64,000 bases of DNA from an uncultured Gammaproteobacteria bacterium. Lineage in GTDB: Bacteria; Pseudomonadota; Gammaproteobacteria; Nitrosococcales; Methylophagaceae. A model generated the notes under the pieces. It ran no database searches. It was not told the DNA's origin and saw nothing but the letters and a program-made list of their open reading frames with translations. Where the stretch lies: contig OX044353.1 of assembly GCA_943846725.1 (NCBI GenBank), positions 1,280,888 through 1,344,887 on the forward strand, written 5' to 3'. Shown here in pieces: positions 19,344 through 29,364 of this stretch. The position numbers were made by a program, and so were the translations under genes. How positions within the stretch are numbered: position 1 is the stretch's first letter; the number at the start of each line of letters is the position of its first letter.

Positions 19344-20795
19344 TTAACGCCTCCAAAATGCAGGCGTTAACACGACAAGCAATGTGAAAATCTCTAACCG
19401 ACCTAGTAGCATAGCTATACAAAGCACCCATTTTGATGGCGAGTTAATCCCACCATAATGAACGGCAACATCTCCTAAGCCAGGACCTAGGTTATTAAGA
19501 CAAGCCGTCACAGCAGAAAAAGAAGTCACAATATCTAGCCCTGTCGCCATTAAAAGTAAGTACATAAAACTAAAACTAAATACGTACAACGCTAAAAATC
19601 CCCATACCGCCCCCACTACCTTAGCTGGCAAAGCTTTATTGTTTACCTTAATCGCAAAAACTGCATTGGGATGGATAAGTCGCAATATCTCACGATAACC
19701 CTGCTTGAATAGCAACATCACCCTAATAACCTTCATGCCGCCACCAGTAGAGCCAGCACAGCCGCCTATATAGCTTGTCATCAGTAACAGTATCGGCAAA
19801 AACCCAGGCCACAAATAATAATCTGCGGTGGTAAACCCTGACGTCGTCCCAAAAGAAACTGCCTGGAAAATCCCTTGATGCACTGCTGACCAAGGTGATG
19901 CAAAAGTATGAGTGAAATATAAATAAACGGCTGTTATGACGGAAATAAAGGCCAGGATAGTGACGTAGGTTCGCAGTTCTGAGTCGCCCCAGTAATGCCT
20001 AATTGAGCGGTGTCGCCAAGCAACAAAATGTAATGAAAAATTCATACCCGCTAACACCATAAACACCACTGCCACCATCTCGATTACAGCACTATTGTAA
20101 AAGCCCATGCTGGTATCGTGTGTCGAAAAACCGCCTATCGCTACTGTCGAAAAACTGTGGCTAATTGCATCAAACCAAGTCATTCCCGCCAAATAATAGG
20201 ATACTGCACAAGCGAATGTCAGCGTCAGATAGATATACCAAAGTGCTTTAGCTGTTTCAGTGATCCGTGGTGTTAATTTCGAATCTTTCATCGGCCCTGG
20301 CGTTTCAGCCCGATAGAGCTGCATACCACCAACACCCAGTAAAGGTAAGATAGCTACGGCTAAAACAACTATTCCCATACCGCCTAGCCATTGCAAAAAC
20401 TGTCGGTAAAACAATACCGCCTTGGGCAAACCATCAAGCCCTGTTAATACTGTTGCTCCCGTGGTTGTTAAACCTGATACAGATTCAAAAACAGCATCCG
20501 TAAATGACATCTCTGGCACTTGTGTTAAAAAGAAAGGCACAGCACCTGACAGACTCAATGTCACCCAGAACATAACAACGACAAGGAAACCATCACGTAT
20601 TTTTAGTTCACGGCGATATTTTCTAACCGGATACCAAAACACAATTCCTAGGATAAGTAGCAATAAGAAAGCAGAAACAAAGGCTTCGGTAGAACCGTCT
20701 TGATAAAATAGTGAAACGGCAATAGGCGGCAACAAGGAGAAGCTAAACAAACCCAATAGAATGCCTAATATGCGTTGGATGGTCAGAAACTGCAT
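19344..20795 (-). CDS. trkH: Trk-type potassium uptake membrane subunit
   Basis: 483 aa, polytopic. The repeated selectivity-filter-like segments GLTTTGAT, GGFSTH, GTTSGFT and STGGG are typical of TrkH/KtrB. Confidence 0.88.
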   Translation of the reverse strand: MQFLTIQRILGILLGLFSFSLLPPIAVSLFYQDGSTEAFVSAFLLLLILGIVFWYPVRKYRRELKIRDGFLVVVMFWVTLSLSGAVPFFLTQVPEMSFTDAVFESVSGLTTTGATVLTGLDGLPKAVLFYRQFLQWLGGMGIVVLAVAILPLLGVGGMQLYRAETPGPMKDSKLTPRITETAKALWYIYLTLTFACAVSYYLAGMTWFDAISHSFSTVAIGGFSTHDTSMGFYNSAVIEMVAVVFMVLAGMNFSLHFVAWRHRSIRHYWGDSELRTYVTILAFISVITAVYLYFTHTFASPWSAVHQGIFQAVSFGTTSGFTTADYYLWPGFLPILLLMTSYIGGCAGSTGGGMKVIRVMLLFKQGYREILRLIHPNAVFAIKVNNKALPAKVVGAVWGFLALYVFSFSFMYLLLMATGLDIVTSFSAVTACLNNLGPGLGDVAVHYGGINSPSKWVLCIAMLLGRLEIFTLLVVLTPAFWRR

Positions 20796-22312
20796 TAACT
20801 CGTCTGCTTGCTTAAATTATTTTGCCGATGATACCCCCACAGCAGCAACATGACCAGCGATAATAGTAATAAAGGCCATTGCTGCCAGCGTACATAAGGC
20901 GTACTACCTTGTCGTGGCTCTATCATACCCGTGACCACCGCTTGTTCGAATTGTGTCGAAGTCGCCAACAGCTGGCCCTTATGATCGATTAAAGCAGAAA
21001 TGCCATTTGTAGTGGCTCGTAAAACTGGCCGACCTGTTTCCAAGGCCCTATTTTGTGAAATCTGCAGATGCTGATGTGGTGCAAAAGAATCGCCATACCA
21101 AGCATTATTAGTTGCGTTCACCAATAAACTGGCTTCTGGCAAGGTATCCAACACCTCCGTCGAAAATGTATCTTCATAACAAACCGAAACACCAATTTTC
21201 TGCCCAGCTGCTTCTAATAAAGCTTGCTGATCACCTCCGGCAGAAAAAGAGGACATCGGCAAATCAAAAAAGGCGATTAATCCTCTCAGCCACTCTATAG
21301 GAATATAGTCACCGAACGGGACTAAATGCCGTTTATGATAAAAAGCTTCTTTGCTCCCAAGAGACATCATACTGTTGTAGTATTGATTTGTGGTCTCGTC
21401 CAACACAGGTAAGCCGACTAAAATATCACTATTATTTTGTCGAGCTAGCGACGCTAATGGATCAATATAAAACTTTTTAGCTTGATGATAAAACACAGTC
21501 ACTGCATTTTCAGGCCACACGATTAAGTCGCTCTGCCAATTTTCTTCTGTTTTTTGTTGGTACAAGGCCAATGTATTCAAAACCTGTTCCTTGTCCCATT
21601 TTATTTCTTGGGGAACATTACCTTGGATTAAACTGACTCTGAGTGGCTTGTCGCTAGTATACGTCCATGTGGCGGTGTTTAATGAATAACCACCTAGCCA
21701 TAGCACTGCCATCACAATCACTAAAGCACCTTTCTTAAACTGCCATGCGGCAGACAATAAGCCTGCTGAAAATGCAACTAACAAGCTGACACCCAATGAC
21801 CCAATAACAGGTGTATAACCACTTAAAGGACCACTGACCTGACTAGTCCCCACCTCAAGCCAAGGGAAACCCGTAAGAAACCAGCCTTTAAACCATTCAA
21901 AAAATAACCATGCTACCGGTAATAAAAGTAAATAATCGGGAAGCAGTAGCTGGTTTCTGCCGGCTACTCTTTTTAGTAGCCAAGCCAAAAGAGCGATATA
22001 TAAAGCCAAAAAAGCAGCAAATAAGCCTGTGAGGAAAGCGGCTAAAGGCATACTGGCATTGCCAAAATCATGGATAGCCACATAAATCCATGAGATGCCT
22101 ACAGCAAACATACCATAACCAAATAGGAAGCCACGCCACGCTGCTTGCTTAGCATCTACGTTATGCCATGCTATAAACAACACACTTAAACTCAATATGG
22201 CTACAGGATAAAAATTGAACGGTGAAAAAGCCAATGGCAATGCCATCCCTGCCAATAGCGCGGCCATGCTGCCCCGCCAGCCAAGCCATGACGATTCAAT
22301 CATACGTTGCAT
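20795..22312 (-). CDS. lnt: apolipoprotein N-acyltransferase
   Basis: 505 aa with an N-terminal polytopic domain and a nitrilase-fold domain (VWPENA, VSVCYED). It occupies the position after corC. Confidence 0.9.
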   Translation of the reverse strand: MQRMIESSWLGWRGSMAALLAGMALPLAFSPFNFYPVAILSLSVLFIAWHNVDAKQAAWRGFLFGYGMFAVGISWIYVAIHDFGNASMPLAAFLTGLFAAFLALYIALLAWLLKRVAGRNQLLLPDYLLLLPVAWLFFEWFKGWFLTGFPWLEVGTSQVSGPLSGYTPVIGSLGVSLLVAFSAGLLSAAWQFKKGALVIVMAVLWLGGYSLNTATWTYTSDKPLRVSLIQGNVPQEIKWDKEQVLNTLALYQQKTEENWQSDLIVWPENAVTVFYHQAKKFYIDPLASLARQNNSDILVGLPVLDETTNQYYNSMMSLGSKEAFYHKRHLVPFGDYIPIEWLRGLIAFFDLPMSSFSAGGDQQALLEAAGQKIGVSVCYEDTFSTEVLDTLPEASLLVNATNNAWYGDSFAPHQHLQISQNRALETGRPVLRATTNGISALIDHKGQLLATSTQFEQAVVTGMIEPRQGSTPYVRWQQWPLLLLSLVMLLLWGYHRQNNLSKQTS

Positions 22313-23175
22313 TATTGATCAGGATCAGACTCAAATTTAGGTAAAATCACCATCTCAAGCAAATGAACCCGGCGATTATCAGCTCGAATCACTGTAAACT
22401 TAAAACGGCGAATAGTCACTGTCTCGCCGCGCTGAGGTAAGTGACCAAACTGATTGATCACATAGCCACCTACGGTATCAAAATCTTCATCATTCCAATC
22501 TGCATCAAAACGTTCATTGAAGTCTTCAACCGTGGCGAGTGCTTTTATGGCATAAGTTGTCTCATTGTGCTGCAAAATAGGTGCATCATCGTCAATATCA
22601 TGCTCATCTTCAATTTCACCCACAATTTGTTCTAAGACATTTTCAATGGTGACCATACCGGCAACACCACCATATTCATCAACCACAATGGCCATATGAT
22701 TACGACGTGCTCGAAATTCACGTAGCAGCACATTTAATCGCTTACTTTCAGGAATAAAAACAGCAGGTCGCAATAAATCTTTTAAATCAAAGTTGAATGC
22801 ACCTCCAGCCATAGCGACAGCGGCTAATAAATCTTTCGCCAATAAAATACCAATAACATCGTCCCGATCATCATCAATAACAGGGAAACGTGAATGTGCA
22901 GTTTCTGTCACCAATTTCACGATTTCATCTGGTGTCGCATTACGTGAAACCATAACAACTTGAGAACGTGGAATAATAATATCTCGCGCTTGCATTTGCG
23001 CCACATTCAGTGCCCCCTCAACAATCGCTAATGCTTCCGAATCTAATATATGACGCTCAGAGGCAGAGCGAATAAGATCAATTAATTGATCTTGATCTTG
23101 TGGCTCTAAAAATAATTTACTCAGCTTCTGCGCCCAAGAAAAACGCTTTGTTCTACTCGGCTGTCCCTCATTCAT
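22312..23175 (-). CDS. corC: CBS-pair/CorC-HlyC domain magnesium-cobalt efflux-associated protein
   Basis: 287 aa with two CBS repeats and a C-terminal CorC_HlyC-like domain. It sits in the ybeZ-ybeY-corC-lnt order. Confidence 0.88.
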   Translation of the reverse strand: MNEGQPSRTKRFSWAQKLSKLFLEPQDQDQLIDLIRSASERHILDSEALAIVEGALNVAQMQARDIIIPRSQVVMVSRNATPDEIVKLVTETAHSRFPVIDDDRDDVIGILLAKDLLAAVAMAGGAFNFDLKDLLRPAVFIPESKRLNVLLREFRARRNHMAIVVDEYGGVAGMVTIENVLEQIVGEIEDEHDIDDDAPILQHNETTYAIKALATVEDFNERFDADWNDEDFDTVGGYVINQFGHLPQRGETVTIRRFKFTVIRADNRRVHLLEMVILPKFESDPDQ

Positions 23176-23635
23176 TTAGTTCACCTTGTTCGCGGTAAGG
23201 GTCTTCGATTGCTAACGATTTTAAAATAGTCTTCTCTAGACCTTCCATCTCTTCCGCTTCTTCATCTTCAATATGATCATAACCCAACAAATGCAAACAA
23301 CCATGAATAACCATATGAGCCCAATGATCCATAAGCTGTTTTTTTTGTGTTTGAGCCTCTTGTGCTACAACAGGGGCGCAAATCACTAAGTCACCTAATA
23401 ATCGAGGTTTGATTTCTATTGATGCCTCAAAAGGGAAAGATAGAACATTTGTTGGACCTGATTTAGAACGATAAGTCTCGTTAAGATCCGCACTTTCATC
23501 TTCCTCAACAAGGCGAATACTCAGCTCGCAATCTTCATCGACATTGCCTAAAGCTGAATCTACCCATGTCTGTAATTGCTCGGTGCTAGGCAATAATCCT
23601 GGACATACTCTCTGCACATCTATTATGACTGTCAT
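23168..23635 (-). CDS. ybeY: rRNA maturation endoribonuclease
   Basis: 155 aa with zinc motif [11 protein letters not shown]. Confidence 0.93.
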   Translation of the reverse strand: MTVIIDVQRVCPGLLPSTEQLQTWVDSALGNVDEDCELSIRLVEEDESADLNETYRSKSGPTNVLSFPFEASIEIKPRLLGDLVICAPVVAQEAQTQKKQLMDHWAHMVIHGCLHLLGYDHIEDEEAEEMEGLEKTILKSLAIEDPYREQGELNE

Positions 23636-23638
23636 TGC

Positions 23639-24610
23639 TTAAGACTGCTCGGCCTTTTCGTAAGCTAGAATCACTTTTTGCACTAAAGAATGCCTAACCA
23701 CATCCTTAGCCTGGAAAAATGTAAAACCAATCCCTTCAACATCTTTTAAAACTTCTATTGCATGACGAAGACCCGACTTTTGTGATCCCGGCAAGTCAAT
23801 TTGAGTAATATCACCCGTGATGACAGCGGTCGAGTTATAACCTAAACGTGTCAAAAACATCTTCATCTGCTCGGTGGTAGTATTTTGTGCTTCATCTAAA
23901 ATAATAAACGATTCATTAAGTGTTCGACCACGCATATACGCTAATGGCGCCACTTCAATCACATTACGATCTATTAACTTGGCTACCCGCTCAAAACCCA
24001 ACATTTCATATAAGGCATCATAAAGTGGCCGCAAATACGGATCGACTTTTTGCGTTAAATCACCAGGAAGAAAACCTAGCTTTTCACCCGCCTCAACAGC
24101 AGGTCTTACTAAAACAATACGCCTTGCAAGATCTCGCTCCAACGCCTCTACCGCACAAGCAACTGCTAAATAGGTTTTGCCAGTCCCAGCAGGTCCAACA
24201 CCAAAATTAATATCATGCGTCATCACACGCTGCAAATAGGCTTGCTGATTTTGGCCTCGCGCTTTGACTAAACCACGTTTCGTCTTAATAATGACTTCTT
24301 CTGGCGCTTTTGTGGTTAAGGTTTCTGAACCACTCACTTCACGAATAGCAAGATGAACTTGCTCTGGCGCTAATATTGATTGTGATGTTTCCGCATAAAG
24401 CTCATGCACCACCTCTTGCACGCCGGCCAATACTTCAACTGGACCAATAATTTGGAATTTACCACCTCGATTATTAACCTCAACGCCAAAACCACGCTCC
24501 ATCATGCGAAGGTGCTCATCTAAATGGCCACATAAATTTGCCAGACGGTCATTATCCGTTGGGCTTAACTCAAAACTAATTGACTCTAGTGGAGCAGAAG
24601 AAACAGTCAC
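23639..24610 (-). CDS. ybeZ: PhoH-family ATPase
   Basis: 323 aa. Contains Walker A GPAGTGKT, IILDEAQN and ITGDITQIDLP. Confidence 0.92.
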   Translation of the reverse strand: MTVSSAPLESISFELSPTDNDRLANLCGHLDEHLRMMERGFGVEVNNRGGKFQIIGPVEVLAGVQEVVHELYAETSQSILAPEQVHLAIREVSGSETLTTKAPEEVIIKTKRGLVKARGQNQQAYLQRVMTHDINFGVGPAGTGKTYLAVACAVEALERDLARRIVLVRPAVEAGEKLGFLPGDLTQKVDPYLRPLYDALYEMLGFERVAKLIDRNVIEVAPLAYMRGRTLNESFIILDEAQNTTTEQMKMFLTRLGYNSTAVITGDITQIDLPGSQKSGLRHAIEVLKDVEGIGFTFFQAKDVVRHSLVQKVILAYEKAEQS

Positions 24611-24628
24611 AAACAGCGATCCCTTAAA

Positions 24629-25969
24629 TTAAAGTACAACACTATCAGCCAACAACTCGCCACGCAAAGAGTTGGTGTATGCTTCCGTAATTTTAACATC
24701 GACAAACCGACCAATTAACGCCGCATCCCCTGTAAAGTTCACTACGCGATTATTCTCCGTCCGACCAGCTAAATCACCTTCATATCTTTGGCCTAACCGT
24801 TCAACAAGTAAACGTTGTATCGAACCGACCATTTTGTCACTATGCTGATTCTCGAATTCCCTTAACCGATCCTGAACTAATTTTAAACGCGTTTTTTTTG
24901 TCTCATCTGTTACAGAGTCGACGAAGGCTGAGGCCGGCGTTCCTGGACGGGCGCTATAAATAAAGCTAAAGGAATGATCAAATTCAAGCTCATTGATCAA
25001 ATCCATCGTATCTTGGAAATCTTTATCTTGTTCGTCAGGGAAGCCAATAATAAAATCACTCGACAAGCTCAAGCCTGGGCGCGCAGCTTGGATACGTTTA
25101 ATTTTATCTTTATATTCTTCGACGGTATGTCCACGTTTCATCATCGCTAGAATACGATTAGAACCTGATTGCACGGGTAAATGTAAGTGGCTCACTAATT
25201 GTGGGATTTCAGCAAATGCATCAATAAGACTATCCGAAAACTCAACGGGGTGAGATGTTGTGAACCTCACTCGCTCAATTCCTTCAATCGCAGCAACGTA
25301 ATGAATAAGTAATGCTAAATCTGCATCATCTTCACCTTCTATTTCACCACGGTAAGCATTGACATTCTGACCCAATAAGTTGACTTCACGAACGCCTTGA
25401 GCAGCCAAGCCGCGAATCTCTGTCAACACTTTATCAACAGGTCTGCTGACTTCTTCACCACGAGTGTAAGGTACAACACAAAATGTACAGTACTTACTAC
25501 AACCTTCCATAATAGAGACAAAGGCCGTTGGCCCATCTGATTTTGCTTCTGGCAAGTTATCAAACTTCTCTATTTCTGGAAAAGAAATATCCATCCGTGG
25601 CTGATGACTTTTATGCACATCATCTAACATAGTCGGCAAACGATGTAGTGTTTGGGGCCCAAAGATCAGGTCGACATAAGGCGCACGCCGACGGATTGCA
25701 TCACCTTCTTGACTGGCCACACAGCCACCCACGCCTATGACAAGGTTAGGCTTATCATCTTTCCAACGCTTCCAACGTCCAAGTTGATGAAACACCTTTT
25801 CTTGTGCCTTCTCACGGATTGAGCATGTGTTAAGCAACAACACATCAGCATCTTCAGCCACATCTGTTACCGAAAGTTGGTGAGAGTTCGCCAGCACATC
25901 AGCCATCTTTGATGAATCATACTCATTCATCTGACAACCAAAGGTTTTTATATATAGTTTTCCAGCCAT
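24629..25969 (-). CDS. miaB: tRNA-2-methylthio-N6-dimethylallyladenosine synthase
   Basis: 446 aa. It has N-terminal TFGCQMN, the radical-SAM motif CSKYCTFC and a C-terminal TRAM domain. Confidence 0.94.
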   Translation of the reverse strand: MAGKLYIKTFGCQMNEYDSSKMADVLANSHQLSVTDVAEDADVLLLNTCSIREKAQEKVFHQLGRWKRWKDDKPNLVIGVGGCVASQEGDAIRRRAPYVDLIFGPQTLHRLPTMLDDVHKSHQPRMDISFPEIEKFDNLPEAKSDGPTAFVSIMEGCSKYCTFCVVPYTRGEEVSRPVDKVLTEIRGLAAQGVREVNLLGQNVNAYRGEIEGEDDADLALLIHYVAAIEGIERVRFTTSHPVEFSDSLIDAFAEIPQLVSHLHLPVQSGSNRILAMMKRGHTVEEYKDKIKRIQAARPGLSLSSDFIIGFPDEQDKDFQDTMDLINELEFDHSFSFIYSARPGTPASAFVDSVTDETKKTRLKLVQDRLREFENQHSDKMVGSIQRLLVERLGQRYEGDLAGRTENNRVVNFTGDAALIGRFVDVKITEAYTNSLRGELLADSVVL

Positions 25970-26148
25970 AATAGATTCATTAAAAATGGGTCGGTTAGTT
26001 TACTCTATTAATGGGCTGATTAAAAACAAGTGATTGTTTTTGTTAATAACACAGTCAAGTTTTGGTAAGCCTTTTAAACAAGTAAATTCTGACAGACTTA
26101 TCATCTTTTAGTTAGAATAAAATTTTAGTTCCAATTATTGCCAAGCTT

Positions 26149-26556
26149 ATGACCTTAAATATCACTGATCCCGCTATTATGTTTTCGGGTATTTCATTAC
26201 TTTTCCTGGCTTATACCAATCGTTACTTGGCTCTGGCTAATGTGATTAGGACACTAAATAGAGACATCAAATCACAGGATAAAAAAAATCATATTGCTCA
26301 ACTCCAAAACTTGCATACGCGTACAAATTTAATTAAGTACATGCAGGCGATGGGTGTCATTTCATTTTTATTCTGCATTGCCTCAATGATAATGCTCTAT
26401 TGGCAGTTTCAACACTTCGGGGAAATCAGTTTTATATTTAGCCTCGTTGCCATGGTGATCTCACTGATTATTTCCTTAGTCGAAATACTCATTTCAGGAG
26501 GATCTTTGAAAATGGAATTGGAAAGAACAAATGTGCGAGATTTATGGGATAAATAA
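26149..26556 (+). CDS. small membrane protein, DUF2721-like
   Basis: 135 aa. It has an N-terminal helix followed by YTNRYLALANVIRTL and two further TM helices. The family assignment is from memory of the DUF2721 pattern. Confidence 0.5.
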   Translation: MTLNITDPAIMFSGISLLFLAYTNRYLALANVIRTLNRDIKSQDKKNHIAQLQNLHTRTNLIKYMQAMGVISFLFCIASMIMLYWQFQHFGEISFIFSLVAMVISLIISLVEILISGGSLKMELERTNVRDLWDK

Positions 26557-26606
26557 TAAAATCAAAAACTCGATGATCTTTTAATTAAAACTGCAAGGAA
26601 GCAATT

Positions 26607-27281
26607 ATGGCAATAAAGGACTGGCCGTCTGATGACAGGCCTCGCGAAAAATTACTGCGCCACGGCGCTAACACCTTATCTGACGCAGAGTTACTCGCCA
26701 TTTTTCTACGTACTGGTGTCAAAGGTTTATCTGCTGTAGAACTTGCTCGGCAGTTATTGCTGCACTTTGACAGCCTTCGCGCATTACTCGAAGCCGATAA
26801 AAATGAGTTTTGTAGCCAACATGGTCTAGGCCCTGCCAAGTTCACTCAATTACAAGCAATCATGGAAATGAGTCGCCGCCATATGGAATCAACATTAAAT
26901 TATGGTGATGCCTTAACCGATGCTACTACGACTAAAGCCTATATTAAACAACGATTGAGAGCCTACCCGCACGAAGTATTTGCTTGTTTATTACTCGACA
27001 ATAAACATCGCATGATCATTTTCGAAGAACTGTTTCGTGGAACACTCGATAGCGCCAATGTTTACCCTAGAGAAGTCGTCAAACTATCACTTCAACATAA
27101 TGCTGCTGCCGTCATTTTTGCTCACAATCATCCTTCAGGTTGTGCTCAAGCTAGTCAAGCAGACATCGCGCTGACAAAACGGCTTGTCTCAGCATTAAAC
27201 CTTGTTGATATCCGCGTACTTGACCACATAATCATCGGTGATGACGATATCACCTCTTTTGCTGAGTTAGCGTTAATATAA
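26607..27281 (+). CDS. radC: RadC-family JAMM-motif protein
   Basis: 224 aa. It has an N-terminal HhH-like region (RPREKLL..G...LSDAELLAI) and the JAMM motif HNHPSG. Confidence 0.9.
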   Translation: MAIKDWPSDDRPREKLLRHGANTLSDAELLAIFLRTGVKGLSAVELARQLLLHFDSLRALLEADKNEFCSQHGLGPAKFTQLQAIMEMSRRHMESTLNYGDALTDATTTKAYIKQRLRAYPHEVFACLLLDNKHRMIIFEELFRGTLDSANVYPREVVKLSLQHNAAAVIFAHNHPSGCAQASQADIALTKRLVSALNLVDIRVLDHIIIGDDDITSFAELALI

Positions 27282-27292
27282 GCCTCGATCTT

Positions 27293-28048
27293 TTAATCAT
27301 CGCTATCAACAGGTTTACTATCAAATACCTTTTTACCCGTAAACATGGCAGAAATAATACCGTTCCTCTCTCGAATCTCTGTGATAACAACCCCCCAAAT
27401 ATGGAAAATGAGTACGGCGACTAACAGATAAAAAGTATAGTAATGGAGCGTTATAAAAGGTTTTCTAACTGCCCGCATCGATTGATAAGAGGCTTCGTCA
27501 ACACCCTCTTTTGAATAGGGCTTTACTGTATCTAAACTAGCCTCATCAGTCGCCACCCATTGTTTTATAACACCACCAAAAGGTGGCATATAGACATCGG
27601 TTCCCGCCAACACCAACCCTGTTAACGCTTGTAACGACATAAGAAAAAACAATACGGTTACAACTAATCTTGCTAAAGGATTGTGACCCAAAAAGGCGAC
27701 GGGCTTTCTCTTTTTTAAACCAACAATATAGTCAGCAAATAGATCCCAGTACGCCTCACCTTTTGGCAATATAGATCGCCACTGAACATAACGATTTTTG
27801 CTTTTAAAACCCCAAATAATTCGAATTATTAGATTGATGACAAAAACATAACCAAAATAGACATGCCAAGTTTTAAGAAGAATTTTACCGTCGGTACTAA
27901 TACCTAATTCTTTCGCGTTGAGTATTGTGACACCTATGGCTATTAAGCCTAAAACACACAGTACATTCAACCAATGAAAAATACGGACAGGTCTGTCCCA
28001 TACAAAATATTCTTTTAATGGTTTCTTAACTATATGTTCTTCCATCAC
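27293..28048 (-). CDS. membrane di-haem cytochrome b (cytochrome b561 / Ni-Fe-hydrogenase b-subunit-like family)
   Basis: 251 aa with four predicted TM helices. Conserved His residues sit in IFHWLN, TWHVYFGY, LHYYTF and IFHIWG. It lies downstream of a dihaem cytochrome c gene. Confidence 0.7.
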   Translation of the reverse strand: MMEEHIVKKPLKEYFVWDRPVRIFHWLNVLCVLGLIAIGVTILNAKELGISTDGKILLKTWHVYFGYVFVINLIIRIIWGFKSKNRYVQWRSILPKGEAYWDLFADYIVGLKKRKPVAFLGHNPLARLVVTVLFFLMSLQALTGLVLAGTDVYMPPFGGVIKQWVATDEASLDTVKPYSKEGVDEASYQSMRAVRKPFITLHYYTFYLLVAVLIFHIWGVVITEIRERNGIISAMFTGKKVFDSKPVDSDD

Positions 28049-28133
28049 ACTATCCTCAATTCATAAGTTTGAAACTCAAGATGCACTTAAGTCTAGCTTA
28101 ATATAAATTTTACCCATGTTTTTGGGTCTATAG

Positions 28134-28739
28134 TTATTGTCCGGCTTGTTGGATGAAAGTAGTTAACGACAAAAACTCTTCGTCTGTCAGTGATTTAATC
28201 ACAGAGATCATTTTAGTCTGATGCTTTGAAGGTTCGGCAACAGTTCGACTTCCACTTTTAAACAAGGCAAGTTGCTTTAAAATATAGCCAGAATTTAGCC
28301 CTTCTAGTCTAGGGCTATCTGTCATAAATCGGCCAATGACACTGTTATGACAATCCAGACATTTTTCTTCATAAACTTTAAAACCTACTGTGTCCGACGC
28401 TTTATTAACATCAAATACCTGTTTTACTTCATGATCTGAAGCCCATTCTGAAAGCCCTCTTGCTTGTTTGTCTGTCAGGCCAAGCACTATATTTTTCATC
28501 ATCTCTGTTTCAGCGTCGTCACCACGTAAACCATGTTTGAAATTATCTAGTTGTTGATAAATATAATCTGCTGGCAAGCCACCCAACTGTGGGCCGGGGA
28601 AAACACTTTTAGCATTATGCGTGTGACATGCAATACAAATATGATGTTTACTTGCTATCTCATCTGCAAAAGAAAATGAGCTCGTAACCAAGCTCAGGAA
28701 AATAAACAAATACGTAAATGGGTGTTTTCTCATTAGCAT
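28134..28739 (-). CDS. periplasmic dihaem c-type cytochrome (c4-like)
   Basis: 201 aa with a signal peptide and two haem motifs, CIACH and CLDCH. Each is followed by a G-LP/L..GY..QL..FK-G-R pattern and a distal Met. Confidence 0.8.
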   Translation of the reverse strand: MLMRKHPFTYLFIFLSLVTSSFSFADEIASKHHICIACHTHNAKSVFPGPQLGGLPADYIYQQLDNFKHGLRGDDAETEMMKNIVLGLTDKQARGLSEWASDHEVKQVFDVNKASDTVGFKVYEEKCLDCHNSVIGRFMTDSPRLEGLNSGYILKQLALFKSGSRTVAEPSKHQTKMISVIKSLTDEEFLSLTTFIQQAGQ

Positions 28740-28935
28740 AATGCTCTTGTGAATTCGGATAGAATCTATAATAAAAATCTTAAGAAATACTTAAGCCCGC
28801 TACAGTCTACTAATCAAGTCTGTTCAATATAAACCCACCACATTCATACTACCCTGCTCTCATTTTTTATGAGCATAGCTTTTAGTGGTTGTTACGTGAT
28901 TGATCTTAATATTTAATCATTTTAAAATAATCACA

Positions 28936-29334
28936 CTAACTCTTTAAATCACCACTCAGTTCATTATGATCTTTTAGGTGCTGGTTCCACCAGTTCTTGA
29001 GGAAAATTAAAAGGTGTTGTGGATCTTGCTCAGTCAGCGCCACACGACATGCCTTATTGTAAGCTGTTAAATCTTGTTTGGCTTTATCGATATATTCAGC
29101 AATATTTTCATACTCGTTTTCTAACAAAATACCCTCTTCTGTCTTTGCATGAAACTGTATGTACTGTGAAACAATTTTGATTGTTGGTATTAAACCTTTT
29201 AAACCATGACCTTGTTGTAAAAAATAATGCAATGAATTGATTGTTGCCACAATCGCACGATGTTGCTCATCAATAATTAAATCTCCGTCTTGGGAGAAAT
29301 CATCACTCCAAGTTAAATATAATGAGGTAGACAT
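28936..29334 (-). CDS. hemerythrin-like domain protein (ligand set appears incomplete)
   Basis: 132 aa. LTWSDDFS...IDEQH, FHAKTEE and WWNQH fit the bacteriohemerythrin scaffold. The central H-x3-H pair is not visible (see findings). Confidence 0.7.
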   Translation of the reverse strand: MSTSLYLTWSDDFSQDGDLIIDEQHRAIVATINSLHYFLQQGHGLKGLIPTIKIVSQYIQFHAKTEEGILLENEYENIAEYIDKAKQDLTAYNKACRVALTEQDPQHLLIFLKNWWNQHLKDHNELSGDLKS

Positions 29335-29364
29335 ATCTAAATTCCTTTTATCTATGTAATGTTA

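Noticed and set aside
26585-26845. An 86-aa minus-strand ORF overlaps the radC start region.
   Set aside because: It is antisense to the well-supported radC N-terminus, is rich in Ser/Arg/Ala as expected for an antisense frame, and has no motif or plausible ribosome-binding site.
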